The translations under genes and the position numbers were made by a program. The notes beneath the pieces are model-generated. The model was given only the letters and a program-made list of their open reading frames with translations, had not been told where the DNA came from and ran no database searches. Source: Acidobacteriota bacterium (GTDB taxonomy: Bacteria; Acidobacteriota; UBA6911; RPQK01; JAJDTT01). Taken from it: a stretch of DNA of 64,000 nt. Of the stretch, positions 7,052 through 16,340 are shown in pieces. Position 1 is the stretch's first letter, and the number at the start of each line of letters is the position of its first letter. Location: positions 1-64,000 of the forward strand of contig CBDCJH010000002.1 of assembly GCA_965217775.1 (NCBI GenBank). Direction: 5' to 3'.

Positions 7052-9727
7052 TCAGGGGCAGCCTGACGGATCAATAACACACGCCGGGGTCGCCCGCCCG
7101 GTCTCCTCTCCGTGGAGCCAAATGAATAGTGGCGCGTGCGGTTCCGGGGGCGGCCAGGGCACGGTGATCCTGAGGGTCTGCTCTTGGGAACCGGTCGGGG
7201 AGGGGATGGCGGTGCTCACGACCGGACAACCTTCCCTCTCATTCCAGCCCGTTTTCGCAATCCGATGCAGATGCTCGCCTGTGAGGACACCCTCGTACAG
7301 CGGTGGGTTCCGGTTCCCCAAACTACACTCGACTCTATCGTCAAGCCTCTCGGGTTTCACGACGAATCGCTCGATCCGTGGGAGCGGGATCACTTTGCCC
7401 AAGGCATAGCTGTTCGACAATCCTCGGACCCGGTCGTTCAACCTCGCGGTGAGAACGCAGTTGGGGACGTACAGGCCGCCCGGGTCAAGAGAGAGGAACA
7501 AGGCATCGTTGCCCGTGACGCTGAGTGATGCCATCCCTTGATTCTGGCCGGCGCCAACGGTCAACGCGGCCTGAAATGGCTTTCCGGCCGGGATACACTC
7601 CAGCTCGAGGGAAGGCGAGGAGCTCAGGTTCTCTACTTGAATTGAGAAGCCGACATGCACCCCCGACGGGATCTCATCCTCTTTCAGCCCCGACTCGGCG
7701 CCGGGTGGGAGTCGTCGTTCATGACCGACTATGCTCGGACGTGAACCCACGACTTCGACGCATCCTCCCGAGACACTACGGTCACCTGTGCGGCTGAGCA
7801 GTTGCAATTGGAATGGCAGGCAGTCGCCCTCCTTGAAGTCCGACTCTTCATCCAATGAAACCGCGGCGGTCCTCTTGGACTGTAATCCCGCAGAAGGCCA
7901 GCTTTCCAAGTCGCAGACTCGCGGATCTTCGTGCAGTTCCCAAGTCAACTTGTCACTGCTGATTCCACAGATCCAATCAAGGCCGGTACCCTGCAGCGTC
8001 AGCGTGTTTGGTGCTCCGCTTCCGCGGTTGATCCTGAATGGCCCATTAAGAATCTTGGGATCAGGGGGATAAATGGTCAGGTCGGCGTTCGTGGTTGTTT
8101 TGCCGGATGAAGCAATTTTCAATTGGTAGAAGCCGGCGGAGAGTTCGCTGGGATCCAGATCGATGGCTAATTTGGGTTGCTTTCCCGAATCCGTGTCTCT
8201 ATTGGACAACCGAAAATGGAGCTGCCCGTCCGGCGTGGAGCTTGATTGCCGGTTGGCTGCGCTTGGACGCTTCCAGGACATGAGCGGAACCGTTGCCGGC
8301 TCCCATCCCGTATCAGGGGCCCTGAAGAGTTCCACCTTTTCGACGAACTGGAAATCATTGGCTTCCAACTCAACGCGAACCGGTCCCCTCCCTGCAATCA
8401 GCGGATTCTCGGGTTCGAGACGGGCCTTGACGTCCCCTGTTTCCACGGAATGGAGTCGAAACTCGCCCGTCTTCAATTGATCGCTATCCCAATCCCAGGC
8501 GGCTTGGAGAGCGTAACGTCCTTCATTCGGAAGCTCCGGTATGTCCGTCTGCCGCTCCCAGTTCAGCTTCAAGGTATCCAGCGACACGCGTGAGACCGAA
8601 ATCTGTTTGAAGGTCTGGTTGGTATCGACGTTGACGATCTCCCAGGCACGAGCCCGGTGCAGTTGAGGAATGCTGTGTTCCAGGTGCAGCAAGGCGTCCC
8701 GGCCAATCGGCAGATGCTGGTTCGATTCAATCTTCACCGACTGGGGCTTCTCCACGGAGGTGAGCAATGCCCCGAGGTAGACGGTGTCGTGTGGTTTGCT
8801 GGGAGCCGACAGTGAATACAGTGTGATGTTGTCGGGATCTTCCTTCTGGATCAGGACAGGCTCGACGTCGTAGATTTTTTTGAATGGAACTGCAACATTC
8901 GTGGCCAACGTAGTCAGTCCCTTTATAAGCGAGGCGAACGGCACACCGACGGATGCAGCGGATCCAGCTATGTTCCCGACTGAACGCGCCACTCTCCGTG
9001 CCCTGCTTGGCTGCGAGTCGCGGGGGTGGTCGTCCATCAGAGCAGGGGTCACGGCGCCAATCAGTTGGTTCAACCGCATTACGGCCGGATCTCCTTTTTC
9101 CAAGCGGTTCGCGTCAAACCGATACCGGGAGGCGAAATCGTCCAGCAGGGTAACCAGGGGTTCGTCATTCCGGGACTTCTCCCAAGAGGCCACCGCTTTA
9201 TTGATGGTATCCTCCTCCGCCTTCAGATCGGTATAGTGGGCGAGTTGGGCGATGAAATGTAGATAATCCGGGTCGTTGAGCGCACTTGTGATTTTATTGT
9301 TAGTTTTGTCGCTCCATTTCTTGTGGCTGAAAACCACTCCCAAAATTCTGACGCCACCGTTATCGGAAATCCGCCACTCGGGATGGACGGGCGCTCCGTT
9401 ATCGTCATAGACGCCGTTATGGCCCAGTTCCACAACCTTGGGAGATAACGCGTAGAAAGCGACCCAGGCGTTCTTTCTGTCTTCCTTTTTCTGGTCAATG
9501 TAACTCTCCAACTTGGCCAGGACGATTGTCTGGCCTCCCATGAGTTGATTCACTCCGGTCAGGGAAAGCGACATCCTGTCGCCGGGGTCTTGTTGTTGCA
9601 ACTGGTTCACGACAAACCGAAATCTGCCCAGCAGATTGCTTGCTTGCGGTTCCTGTGCGACTGCCTGTTGACACACGACCAAGGCTACAACCAGTCCTGC
9701 CTCCAGAGTCTTTCGGGTCACTGTCAT
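7052..9727 (-). CDS. Large secreted hypothetical protein (891 aa)
   Basis: Long ORF with GGAGG RBS and a signal peptide ending AVA-Q; beta-rich C-terminal half with several Cys; no recognisable catalytic motif. Confidence 0.75.
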   Translation of the reverse strand: MTVTRKTLEAGLVVALVVCQQAVAQEPQASNLLGRFRFVVNQLQQQDPGDRMSLSLTGVNQLMGGQTIVLAKLESYIDQKKEDRKNAWVAFYALSPKVVELGHNGVYDDNGAPVHPEWRISDNGGVRILGVVFSHKKWSDKTNNKITSALNDPDYLHFIAQLAHYTDLKAEEDTINKAVASWEKSRNDEPLVTLLDDFASRYRFDANRLEKGDPAVMRLNQLIGAVTPALMDDHPRDSQPSRARRVARSVGNIAGSAASVGVPFASLIKGLTTLATNVAVPFKKIYDVEPVLIQKEDPDNITLYSLSAPSKPHDTVYLGALLTSVEKPQSVKIESNQHLPIGRDALLHLEHSIPQLHRARAWEIVNVDTNQTFKQISVSRVSLDTLKLNWERQTDIPELPNEGRYALQAAWDWDSDQLKTGEFRLHSVETGDVKARLEPENPLIAGRGPVRVELEANDFQFVEKVELFRAPDTGWEPATVPLMSWKRPSAANRQSSSTPDGQLHFRLSNRDTDSGKQPKLAIDLDPSELSAGFYQLKIASSGKTTTNADLTIYPPDPKILNGPFRINRGSGAPNTLTLQGTGLDWICGISSDKLTWELHEDPRVCDLESWPSAGLQSKRTAAVSLDEESDFKEGDCLPFQLQLLSRTGDRSVSGGCVEVVGSRPSIVGHERRLPPGAESGLKEDEIPSGVHVGFSIQVENLSSSPSLELECIPAGKPFQAALTVGAGQNQGMASLSVTGNDALFLSLDPGGLYVPNCVLTARLNDRVRGLSNSYALGKVIPLPRIERFVVKPERLDDRVECSLGNRNPPLYEGVLTGEHLHRIAKTGWNEREGCPVVSTAIPSPTGSQEQTLRITVPWPPPEPHAPLFIWLHGEETGRATPACVIDPSGCP

Positions 9728-9884
9728 GTCAACCTCCAGCTACATCTTCTTCATGGGGAGGCAGTGTATCCCATCCCCTCGGTCCTGTTTGCCGCGAAGA
9801 ACTGCTATCTTCGATGCAGTGGCAGGAGCTGGAGACGACACGTAACGCCGTCCTCCCGCGGCATCCGCACAGCCAAACCCGGAC

Positions 9885-11471
9885 ATGAATACGACGGATC
9901 TGGCCATCATCCTGGTAGCGCTCGCGGTGGTGGTCACGGTCGGCCTGTGGGCGTCCCGCCGCCAGGGCAGGAGCGCGCGGGACTATTTTCTCGCCTCCCG
10001 GCAATTGCCCTGGTGGATCATCGGCGCCGCGTTCGTTTCCACCAGCGTTTCCAGCGAGCAGATCGTGGGCACGGTGGGTATTGCCTACGAGACGGGCATG
10101 GGCGTGGCCAATTGGGAGTGGTTCATCCTCCCCCAGTACACGCTGCTCATGCTCTTCTTCATCCCGTTGTATCTCAAGAATCGCATTACGACGGTGCCGG
10201 AGCTGCTGGCGCGAAGGTACGGTCCCCTCTGCGGAAACATCTACAGTTGGGCGACTCTGGTGGCCTACGTCTTCATCTTCCTGGTGCCGGTTCTGTACGG
10301 CGGAAGCCTGGTCCTGTCCCAATTGACCGGCTTTGGTTTTTCCCTCGTGCTTTGGGTCATCGTTGCCCTGGTGGCCCTGTACACGGCCAAAGGCGGCCTC
10401 AAGGCCGTGGTCTGGACCGATGCGGTCCAGTGCCTGATGCTGGTGGGCGGCGGTCTGGTGCTCTTCTTCGTTGCCCTTTCCCAGATCGAGGGCGGCTGGA
10501 GCGCGATGGTGGAGGCCAATCCCGACCGCTTCCATCTCTACCGTCCCGCCGGCGACGAGACCGCACCCTTCCTGGGAATGATCGCGGCTTCCTTCGGCGT
10601 CTTCCTCTGGTACCAGGGATGCAATCAGGTCATGATCCAGCGGGTGCTGGGGGCCAGATCCACCTGGGACGGCCTGATGGGCATCGTCTTCGCGGGGTTC
10701 ATCAATCTGCTCCGACCGCTGGTCACCTGTTTTCTCGGTTTCGTCGTCTACCACTGGATCCACGTCATGCACCGGGCCGAGCCGCTGGAAAACAGCGATC
10801 TGGCCTTCTCCTTCGCCCTCGACACCCTGAGCCCGGAATGGGGACTGCGGGGCATCGTGGTGACCGGATTCCTGGCGGCGATCATGTCGACGACCAGCGC
10901 CCTGGCCAACTCGACGGCAACCATCTTCTCCCTGGACGTCTACCAGAAGCTGATCCATCCCGGCGCGAGCGACGCGAAGCTGGTCCGTGTCGGGCGGGCG
11001 GTCTCCGTCACCGCGCTGGCCGCGGCGGCGTTGCTGGCGCCGGCCGTCGAATCGGCAGGGGGAATCTTCCGGTACTTTCAGACCGGCGTGACCTATCTGT
11101 CGGTGCCTTTCATCACGGTCATCCTGTTCGGCTTCTTCTGGAAGCGGGCCAACTACGCGGCCGGCGTCTTCGGTCTCACCGCGGGGCTGGCGATTCCGGT
11201 GCTGGTGGCTGTGAGCCTGCCCCGGTTCGGCATCGAGCTGCATTGGCTCTACAACGGCTTCATCGCCCAGATTCTGATCTCCATCGGGTTTGTGATCGTC
11301 GCCCTGAGCACACCGCCTCCCGACCCGGTTGAAGTGAAAACGTTCCTCTGGTCGCCGCGGCTGCTGGCGCAATATGATGAGGGACGGCGGCGGCCGATCT
11401 ACCAGCGCGTCTCGTTCTGGTGGGGGATCTACGCGATCGTCTGGTTCTATCTGTATTGGAAATTCTGGTAG
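9885..11471 (+). CDS. Sodium:solute symporter (SSS/SLC5 family)
   Basis: DYFLASRQLPWW, GGLKAVVWTD, NQVMIQRVL and AAIMSTTSALANS motifs; about 14 hydrophobic segments. Confidence 0.93.
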   Translation: MNTTDLAIILVALAVVVTVGLWASRRQGRSARDYFLASRQLPWWIIGAAFVSTSVSSEQIVGTVGIAYETGMGVANWEWFILPQYTLLMLFFIPLYLKNRITTVPELLARRYGPLCGNIYSWATLVAYVFIFLVPVLYGGSLVLSQLTGFGFSLVLWVIVALVALYTAKGGLKAVVWTDAVQCLMLVGGGLVLFFVALSQIEGGWSAMVEANPDRFHLYRPAGDETAPFLGMIAASFGVFLWYQGCNQVMIQRVLGARSTWDGLMGIVFAGFINLLRPLVTCFLGFVVYHWIHVMHRAEPLENSDLAFSFALDTLSPEWGLRGIVVTGFLAAIMSTTSALANSTATIFSLDVYQKLIHPGASDAKLVRVGRAVSVTALAAAALLAPAVESAGGIFRYFQTGVTYLSVPFITVILFGFFWKRANYAAGVFGLTAGLAIPVLVAVSLPRFGIELHWLYNGFIAQILISIGFVIVALSTPPPDPVEVKTFLWSPRLLAQYDEGRRRPIYQRVSFWWGIYAIVWFYLYWKFW

Positions 11472-11521
11472 CGCGCCGCCCCATCTTTCGCCGCGCTCTC
11501 GGGACTGAGAGAGAAAAAACC

Positions 11522-13495
11522 GTGTCCGAAGCAAGCTTGCTGATCGACCTGACGCTGCTCGTCGGCATGGCAATTCCCATCGTGGCGCTGGCGCACCGGT
11601 TGTCGGCTCCCTCCCTGGTGGGTTTCCTGGTGGCCGGAATCCTGGTGGGTCCCAATGGATTCGGGCTGATCGGCGCCACCAATGAAGTGGAGGTTCTGGC
11701 CGAAATCGGCGTCGCCCTGCTGCTCTTCGCGGTGGGACTTGAGCTGTCCCTGTCCCACGTCCGCCAGTGGGCGCGCTCGGTATTTGTCGGGGGAGGGTTG
11801 CAGGTGGGTTGCACACTGCTCGCCGTGGCGGCGTCAGCCATCGCCTTCGGCGTTCCGTCCGGCCAGGCGATCTTCTACGGCGCCGTCGCCGCGCTGTCTT
11901 CCACCGCCATCGTCACCAAGATCTATTCGGACAGGGCCGAACTGGACACGGCGCACGGGCGCTCCGTCATCTCCATCCTGCTCTTCCAGGATCTGTGCGT
12001 ATTGCCGGCCATTCTGGTGCTGCCGGTGCTCGCCGGACTGGGAACCGCTGATGTGAGCACCATGGGCATCGAGTTTCTGCGCGGACTCGCGATCATCACT
12101 GCGCTCATGATCGGCGGCCGGTTCATCGTCCGGCGGACGCTGGACCGGATCGTGCTGTTCCGCGACCGCGAACTGTTTACGCTGTGCGTCGCTTTCTTCT
12201 GCATCGGTACCGCCGTGGTGACTGCAGCGGTGGGTTTTTCCATCGCCATCGGCGCCTTCATCGCCGGCCTGGTCATCTCGGAATCGGAATACGGGTTGCA
12301 GGCGTTGTCGGACGTCCTGCCCTTTCGGGCCGTGTTCAGCGGGGTATTCTTCATCTCCATCGGCATGCTGCTCGACATTTCCGCCGTGATGACGCAACTG
12401 GGCGTGCTGGTTCCCCTGCTGGCGGTCCTGTTTGCGCTCAAGGTCACGCTGGCGACGGTGTCGGTCCTCGCGGTGGGCGGACGGCTGTCGACCGCGCTGA
12501 TCAGTGGCCTCACCCTGGCACAGCTTGGCGAATTCTCCATACTGCTCGCTGCGGAGGGGTTGCGCCTGGAGCTCTTTCGCGAGGGCGACTACCAGTTGTT
12601 CCTCAGTGCGGCGGTCCTGTCGATGATGGCCACGCCGTTTCTGATTCGCGCCGCTCGGCCCATCGCCGAACGCATTGCGCCGTCCGGCAAGAGGTTGCGG
12701 CGACTCGCCGGCGCCGATGCCGCCTCGGCCGAGGCGATGTCCGACCACACTGTCATTGTCGGCTACGGCCTCGCCGGTCGATATTTGGCACGGGTGCTCA
12801 ATGCGGCGGGTATCACCTGCATCGCCGTCGAACACGACGCGAATCTCGTCCGGCGCGCACGCGGGGACGGGGTCCCGGTGGAGTTCGGGGACGGGTCCCA
12901 GCCCGCCGTCCTGGAGCACGTCGGCGCACCTCGCGCTCGGGTCATTGTCTTCGCCATATCCTCACCGACCGAGGAGAGGCGCGGCGTCGCGGCCGCCCGC
13001 GACCTGAATTCGGAGGCCCGGATCGTGGTGCGTACCCGATACACTCGCTCCATCGACGAGTTGATGTCGCTCGGGGCCACGGACGTGGTGGTCGAGGAGT
13101 TTGAAGCCTCCATCGAACTGTTCGCCAAGGCCCTCGAAAGCTACCGGATTCCCATCAACCGGATCTGGCAGGAAGCCGAGACGGTGCGTACGGAACACTA
13201 CGGGCTGTTGCGCGGCACCGCCCAGCCGGATCTGCGACTCGATTCACTGAAGCATCTCGGCATTCACGATGCGCTGGAGCTGATGGAAATCAGGGAGGGA
13301 GCGAGAGTCATCGGAATGAACGCCACGTTGTTGCATTTGAGGCGGCGTACGGGCGTCGTGCAGATCGCTGTGGTGAGGGAGGGTCAGCCCATCTACCAAC
13401 GCGACTCGGAGTTCCATTACCGGGCCGGCGACACGGTCGTGCTGGTGGGCGACCGGGAAAGCCTGGACCGGGCCATTGAGCTGTACCAGGAATAG
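11522..13495 (+). CDS. CPA2 (Kef-type) cation:proton antiporter with TrkA-N and TrkA-C domains
   Basis: LAEIGVALLLFAVGLE, LSSTAIV, LLFQD, GEFS, IVGYGLAG (RCK domain) and a C-terminal GDTVVLVG; GTG start inferred. Confidence 0.92.
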   Translation: MSEASLLIDLTLLVGMAIPIVALAHRLSAPSLVGFLVAGILVGPNGFGLIGATNEVEVLAEIGVALLLFAVGLELSLSHVRQWARSVFVGGGLQVGCTLLAVAASAIAFGVPSGQAIFYGAVAALSSTAIVTKIYSDRAELDTAHGRSVISILLFQDLCVLPAILVLPVLAGLGTADVSTMGIEFLRGLAIITALMIGGRFIVRRTLDRIVLFRDRELFTLCVAFFCIGTAVVTAAVGFSIAIGAFIAGLVISESEYGLQALSDVLPFRAVFSGVFFISIGMLLDISAVMTQLGVLVPLLAVLFALKVTLATVSVLAVGGRLSTALISGLTLAQLGEFSILLAAEGLRLELFREGDYQLFLSAAVLSMMATPFLIRAARPIAERIAPSGKRLRRLAGADAASAEAMSDHTVIVGYGLAGRYLARVLNAAGITCIAVEHDANLVRRARGDGVPVEFGDGSQPAVLEHVGAPRARVIVFAISSPTEERRGVAAARDLNSEARIVVRTRYTRSIDELMSLGATDVVVEEFEASIELFAKALESYRIPINRIWQEAETVRTEHYGLLRGTAQPDLRLDSLKHLGIHDALELMEIREGARVIGMNATLLHLRRRTGVVQIAVVREGQPIYQRDSEFHYRAGDTVVLVGDRESLDRAIELYQE

Positions 13496-13542
13496 GCGGA
13501 TTCGACCCGGCCCCGCCTTGCCAACGTGCGGAGGATAAGCCC

Positions 13543-14667
13543 ATGAAAATTACCCATGTCATCTGTCAGGTTCTGCGGATCGAAAACGTCGAGGCCAAGA
13601 CGGCCGGCACTCAGGACACGGTGATCATCCGTATCCGTACCGATCAGGGTCTGGAAGGGATCGGGGAAGTTGACGCGAGCCCCGAAGTCGTGAAGTCGAT
13701 CATCGACGCTCCGTTCAGCCACAGCATCGCCTGCGGCCTGAGGGAGCTCTTGATCGGGGAAGACCCGGTCGACACGGACCGGATCTGGTCCAAGATGTAT
13801 CGGCGCACCATGTACTACGGTCGCCGCGGGGTCGTCATCACTGCCATGGCGGGTGTCGACTTGGCTCTGTGGGACCTCAAGGGAAAACTCTTCAACCAGC
13901 CGATCTGGCGACTGCTGGGCGGGCGTCATCACGATCGTATCCCGGCGTATGCGTCGATCCTGTTCGGCAGGGACGGATCCGAAACCCGCGAGATCGCCCA
14001 GCGCTGGCGCGAAGCGGGCTACGGGGCCATCAAGTTCGGCTGGGAACCGATGGGAGAGAGCGAGGCCCTGGACCTCGAGTTGGTCCGAGGCGGACGGCAG
14101 GGCATCGGCGGCGAGAACACTCTCCTGATCGACGCCGGCTGCGTTTGGGATGCGAAAACGGCGCTACGGCGGGCGGAGGCGTTCAATGAATTTGGGATCG
14201 GCTGGCTGGAAGAGCCGTTGGAACAGGACGATATCGATGGATACGTCTGGCTTCGGGACCGTTCGCCGGTTCTGATCGCGGCGGGAGAGGGGGAATGCGG
14301 CCGGGCCGCCTTCCGGCCCTGGATCGACCGGCACGCGTTGGACGTCTACCAGGTCGACCTGGCGCGCAACGGATTCACCGAAGCCTCTTACATTCGGCAG
14401 CGGGTGGAAGAGGCCGGCGCCCGCCTCTGCAACCACTGCTACAAGACGCCCATCAGCGTAGCGGCCTGCCTGCACTGGATCAGCACCTGCAAGAACGCCT
14501 TTATCTTCGAGGATTGCGTCGAGGATTCGCCCCTGCGGCACGAACTGACGCAAGAAAAGTTGCAGGCGGTCGATGGCCGTATCGCCGTGCCGAATGGCCC
14601 CGGCCTGGGGATTACGCTCAATGAGCCTTTTGTTGAACGGTTCCTGGTGTCGGAATCGGGGCGCTGA
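13543..14667 (+). CDS. Mandelate racemase/muconate lactonizing enzyme family (probable sugar-acid dehydratase)
   Basis: AGVDLALWDLKGK, IKFG, LIDAG, WLEEP, AAGE and PGLGI enolase-superfamily motifs. Confidence 0.92.
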   Translation: MKITHVICQVLRIENVEAKTAGTQDTVIIRIRTDQGLEGIGEVDASPEVVKSIIDAPFSHSIACGLRELLIGEDPVDTDRIWSKMYRRTMYYGRRGVVITAMAGVDLALWDLKGKLFNQPIWRLLGGRHHDRIPAYASILFGRDGSETREIAQRWREAGYGAIKFGWEPMGESEALDLELVRGGRQGIGGENTLLIDAGCVWDAKTALRRAEAFNEFGIGWLEEPLEQDDIDGYVWLRDRSPVLIAAGEGECGRAAFRPWIDRHALDVYQVDLARNGFTEASYIRQRVEEAGARLCNHCYKTPISVAACLHWISTCKNAFIFEDCVEDSPLRHELTQEKLQAVDGRIAVPNGPGLGITLNEPFVERFLVSESGR

Positions 14668-14701
14668 ACTTCGGGACCTCAACCGGTTGCCGACGACCTC
14701 G

Positions 14702-15943
14702 TCAGTCGGCGGCTCGCGCCTTCTCGCGCAGGAACCAGATGATGGCCAGCACCGAGAGACTCAGGCTGAACACCGGACCCAGCCAGATGCTCAACTCCAC
14801 GCCGTAGCGATCGCCCATGGTGCCGATCAGATAAGGACTCATGGCAGCTCCCACGGCATTGAAACCGTTGAACAGCGCGTAGGCCATCGCCAGGTGGGAG
14901 GAGAATCGCAGGCCGATGTAGGAACTGAGCGAGGGACCGTTACCGGATACGAACATCCCGGACACGGTGAACATCGCCACGCCCCAAAGGTAGGTGGGCG
15001 CACTGATGGTCGCCGCGAAGGCCAGGGTCGCCCCTCCGGCGCATACGGTGAGCACCACCAGTTCCGGGATCCGCCAGCGCGCGGTGATCCAGCTCAGAAT
15101 GAATCGTCCTCCGAACAGTCCGGCCGAGTTCAGACTGATGAAATAGGCCGCCTCTGCGGCATCGATCTCGAACCTGAACTGATAGAGTTGGCCGATGAAG
15201 GAGATCATCCCGCCCTGCGACAAGCCGTGGAACAGCCCGAGAAAGCCCGCCGTGTAGAAGGCGGGAGTCGTCAGCACGGCCCTCATCACCGAGAGCGCGG
15301 GAAGCCGGGAGTCCGAATCGGGGCCGCCTCGGCGCACCGACTCGGAGCGCAGGCGCCAAGCCCAAAGGACCAGCGCCAGGACGACGGCGGCGGCGATGTA
15401 GTATCCGACCCGCCAGCTTCCGCCGCTCCGATCGGCGTACGCGAACCATCCTCCGAGAGCGGCGGCTCCCACCACGGCGCCGCTTCCATCCGCCAAGCCG
15501 GCGAGGAAGAACACGCTCTGCCGCTTGTCTCCGAAATGAGCGCTGATGATCGAGCTGAAGACGACGTTCAGGGCCGACATGGCCAAGCCGAAACAGAAGG
15601 CTCCCACCAGAACCATGGGGAAACCGACGGCGCTGCCGATCACGCACATGGCCGCCACCACAGCCAACAGCGCGCCCACCAGAGCACGCCGGAGCCCTAT
15701 GCTGCCGATGATCCATCCGCCGATAAGGCTGAAGACGATGCCGCTGATGAAGAAGAGGGATTGGCTCTGACCCATCTGTTCCAGATTGGCCGAGAAGAAC
15801 TCCCTGAAAACCGGGAAAGTGATGGGAAGAAAGTTGTAGACGCCGGCATAAATGAAGACCAGAACGAGCACGAACCACAACGTGGGATCGCCCCACATCG
15901 AGCCGAATCGGGTGGAGGGAGACGATTGTTCACTCGACGTCAT
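14702..15943 (-). CDS. MFS transporter
   Basis: About 12 hydrophobic segments; GWIIGSIGLR and GTMGDRYG MFS loop motifs. Confidence 0.88.
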   Translation of the reverse strand: MTSSEQSSPSTRFGSMWGDPTLWFVLVLVFIYAGVYNFLPITFPVFREFFSANLEQMGQSQSLFFISGIVFSLIGGWIIGSIGLRRALVGALLAVVAAMCVIGSAVGFPMVLVGAFCFGLAMSALNVVFSSIISAHFGDKRQSVFFLAGLADGSGAVVGAAALGGWFAYADRSGGSWRVGYYIAAAVVLALVLWAWRLRSESVRRGGPDSDSRLPALSVMRAVLTTPAFYTAGFLGLFHGLSQGGMISFIGQLYQFRFEIDAAEAAYFISLNSAGLFGGRFILSWITARWRIPELVVLTVCAGGATLAFAATISAPTYLWGVAMFTVSGMFVSGNGPSLSSYIGLRFSSHLAMAYALFNGFNAVGAAMSPYLIGTMGDRYGVELSIWLGPVFSLSLSVLAIIWFLREKARAAD

Positions 15944-16340
15944 GGCATAACCTCACGCGGGGCGGATTGGGGAGTCGGTCGACCTGACGGATCGGGGCAT
16001 TGAGGCCTCTGCCCCTGTCGCTATGGGTGGGGATCCTTGTGGTCCATGCCCCACCGCCGCCGAAAATAAACTGAACTCCGGTGATTCCGTGTTCCGCTCA
16101 TGATCCGGTCCCCGGGAGTCGATGTCAACTTCTGAGAAACACGAATTATTTCAAGATAAAGAGAAGAACCGGGAGGAGGAGGCGTCGGGGCGACCCTCGC
16201 GCTGGGTTGTCCAGCTACTTCATAATATTGTCAATGGCCATCGAAAACTGCACGCGTTCAGCCGGGATGCAAGGCCGGTCGAATGCCGTCGTCCTGCGAC
16301 AATGAATGCCGGTGAGGGCAACGAATGGAAGGGAATAGTC

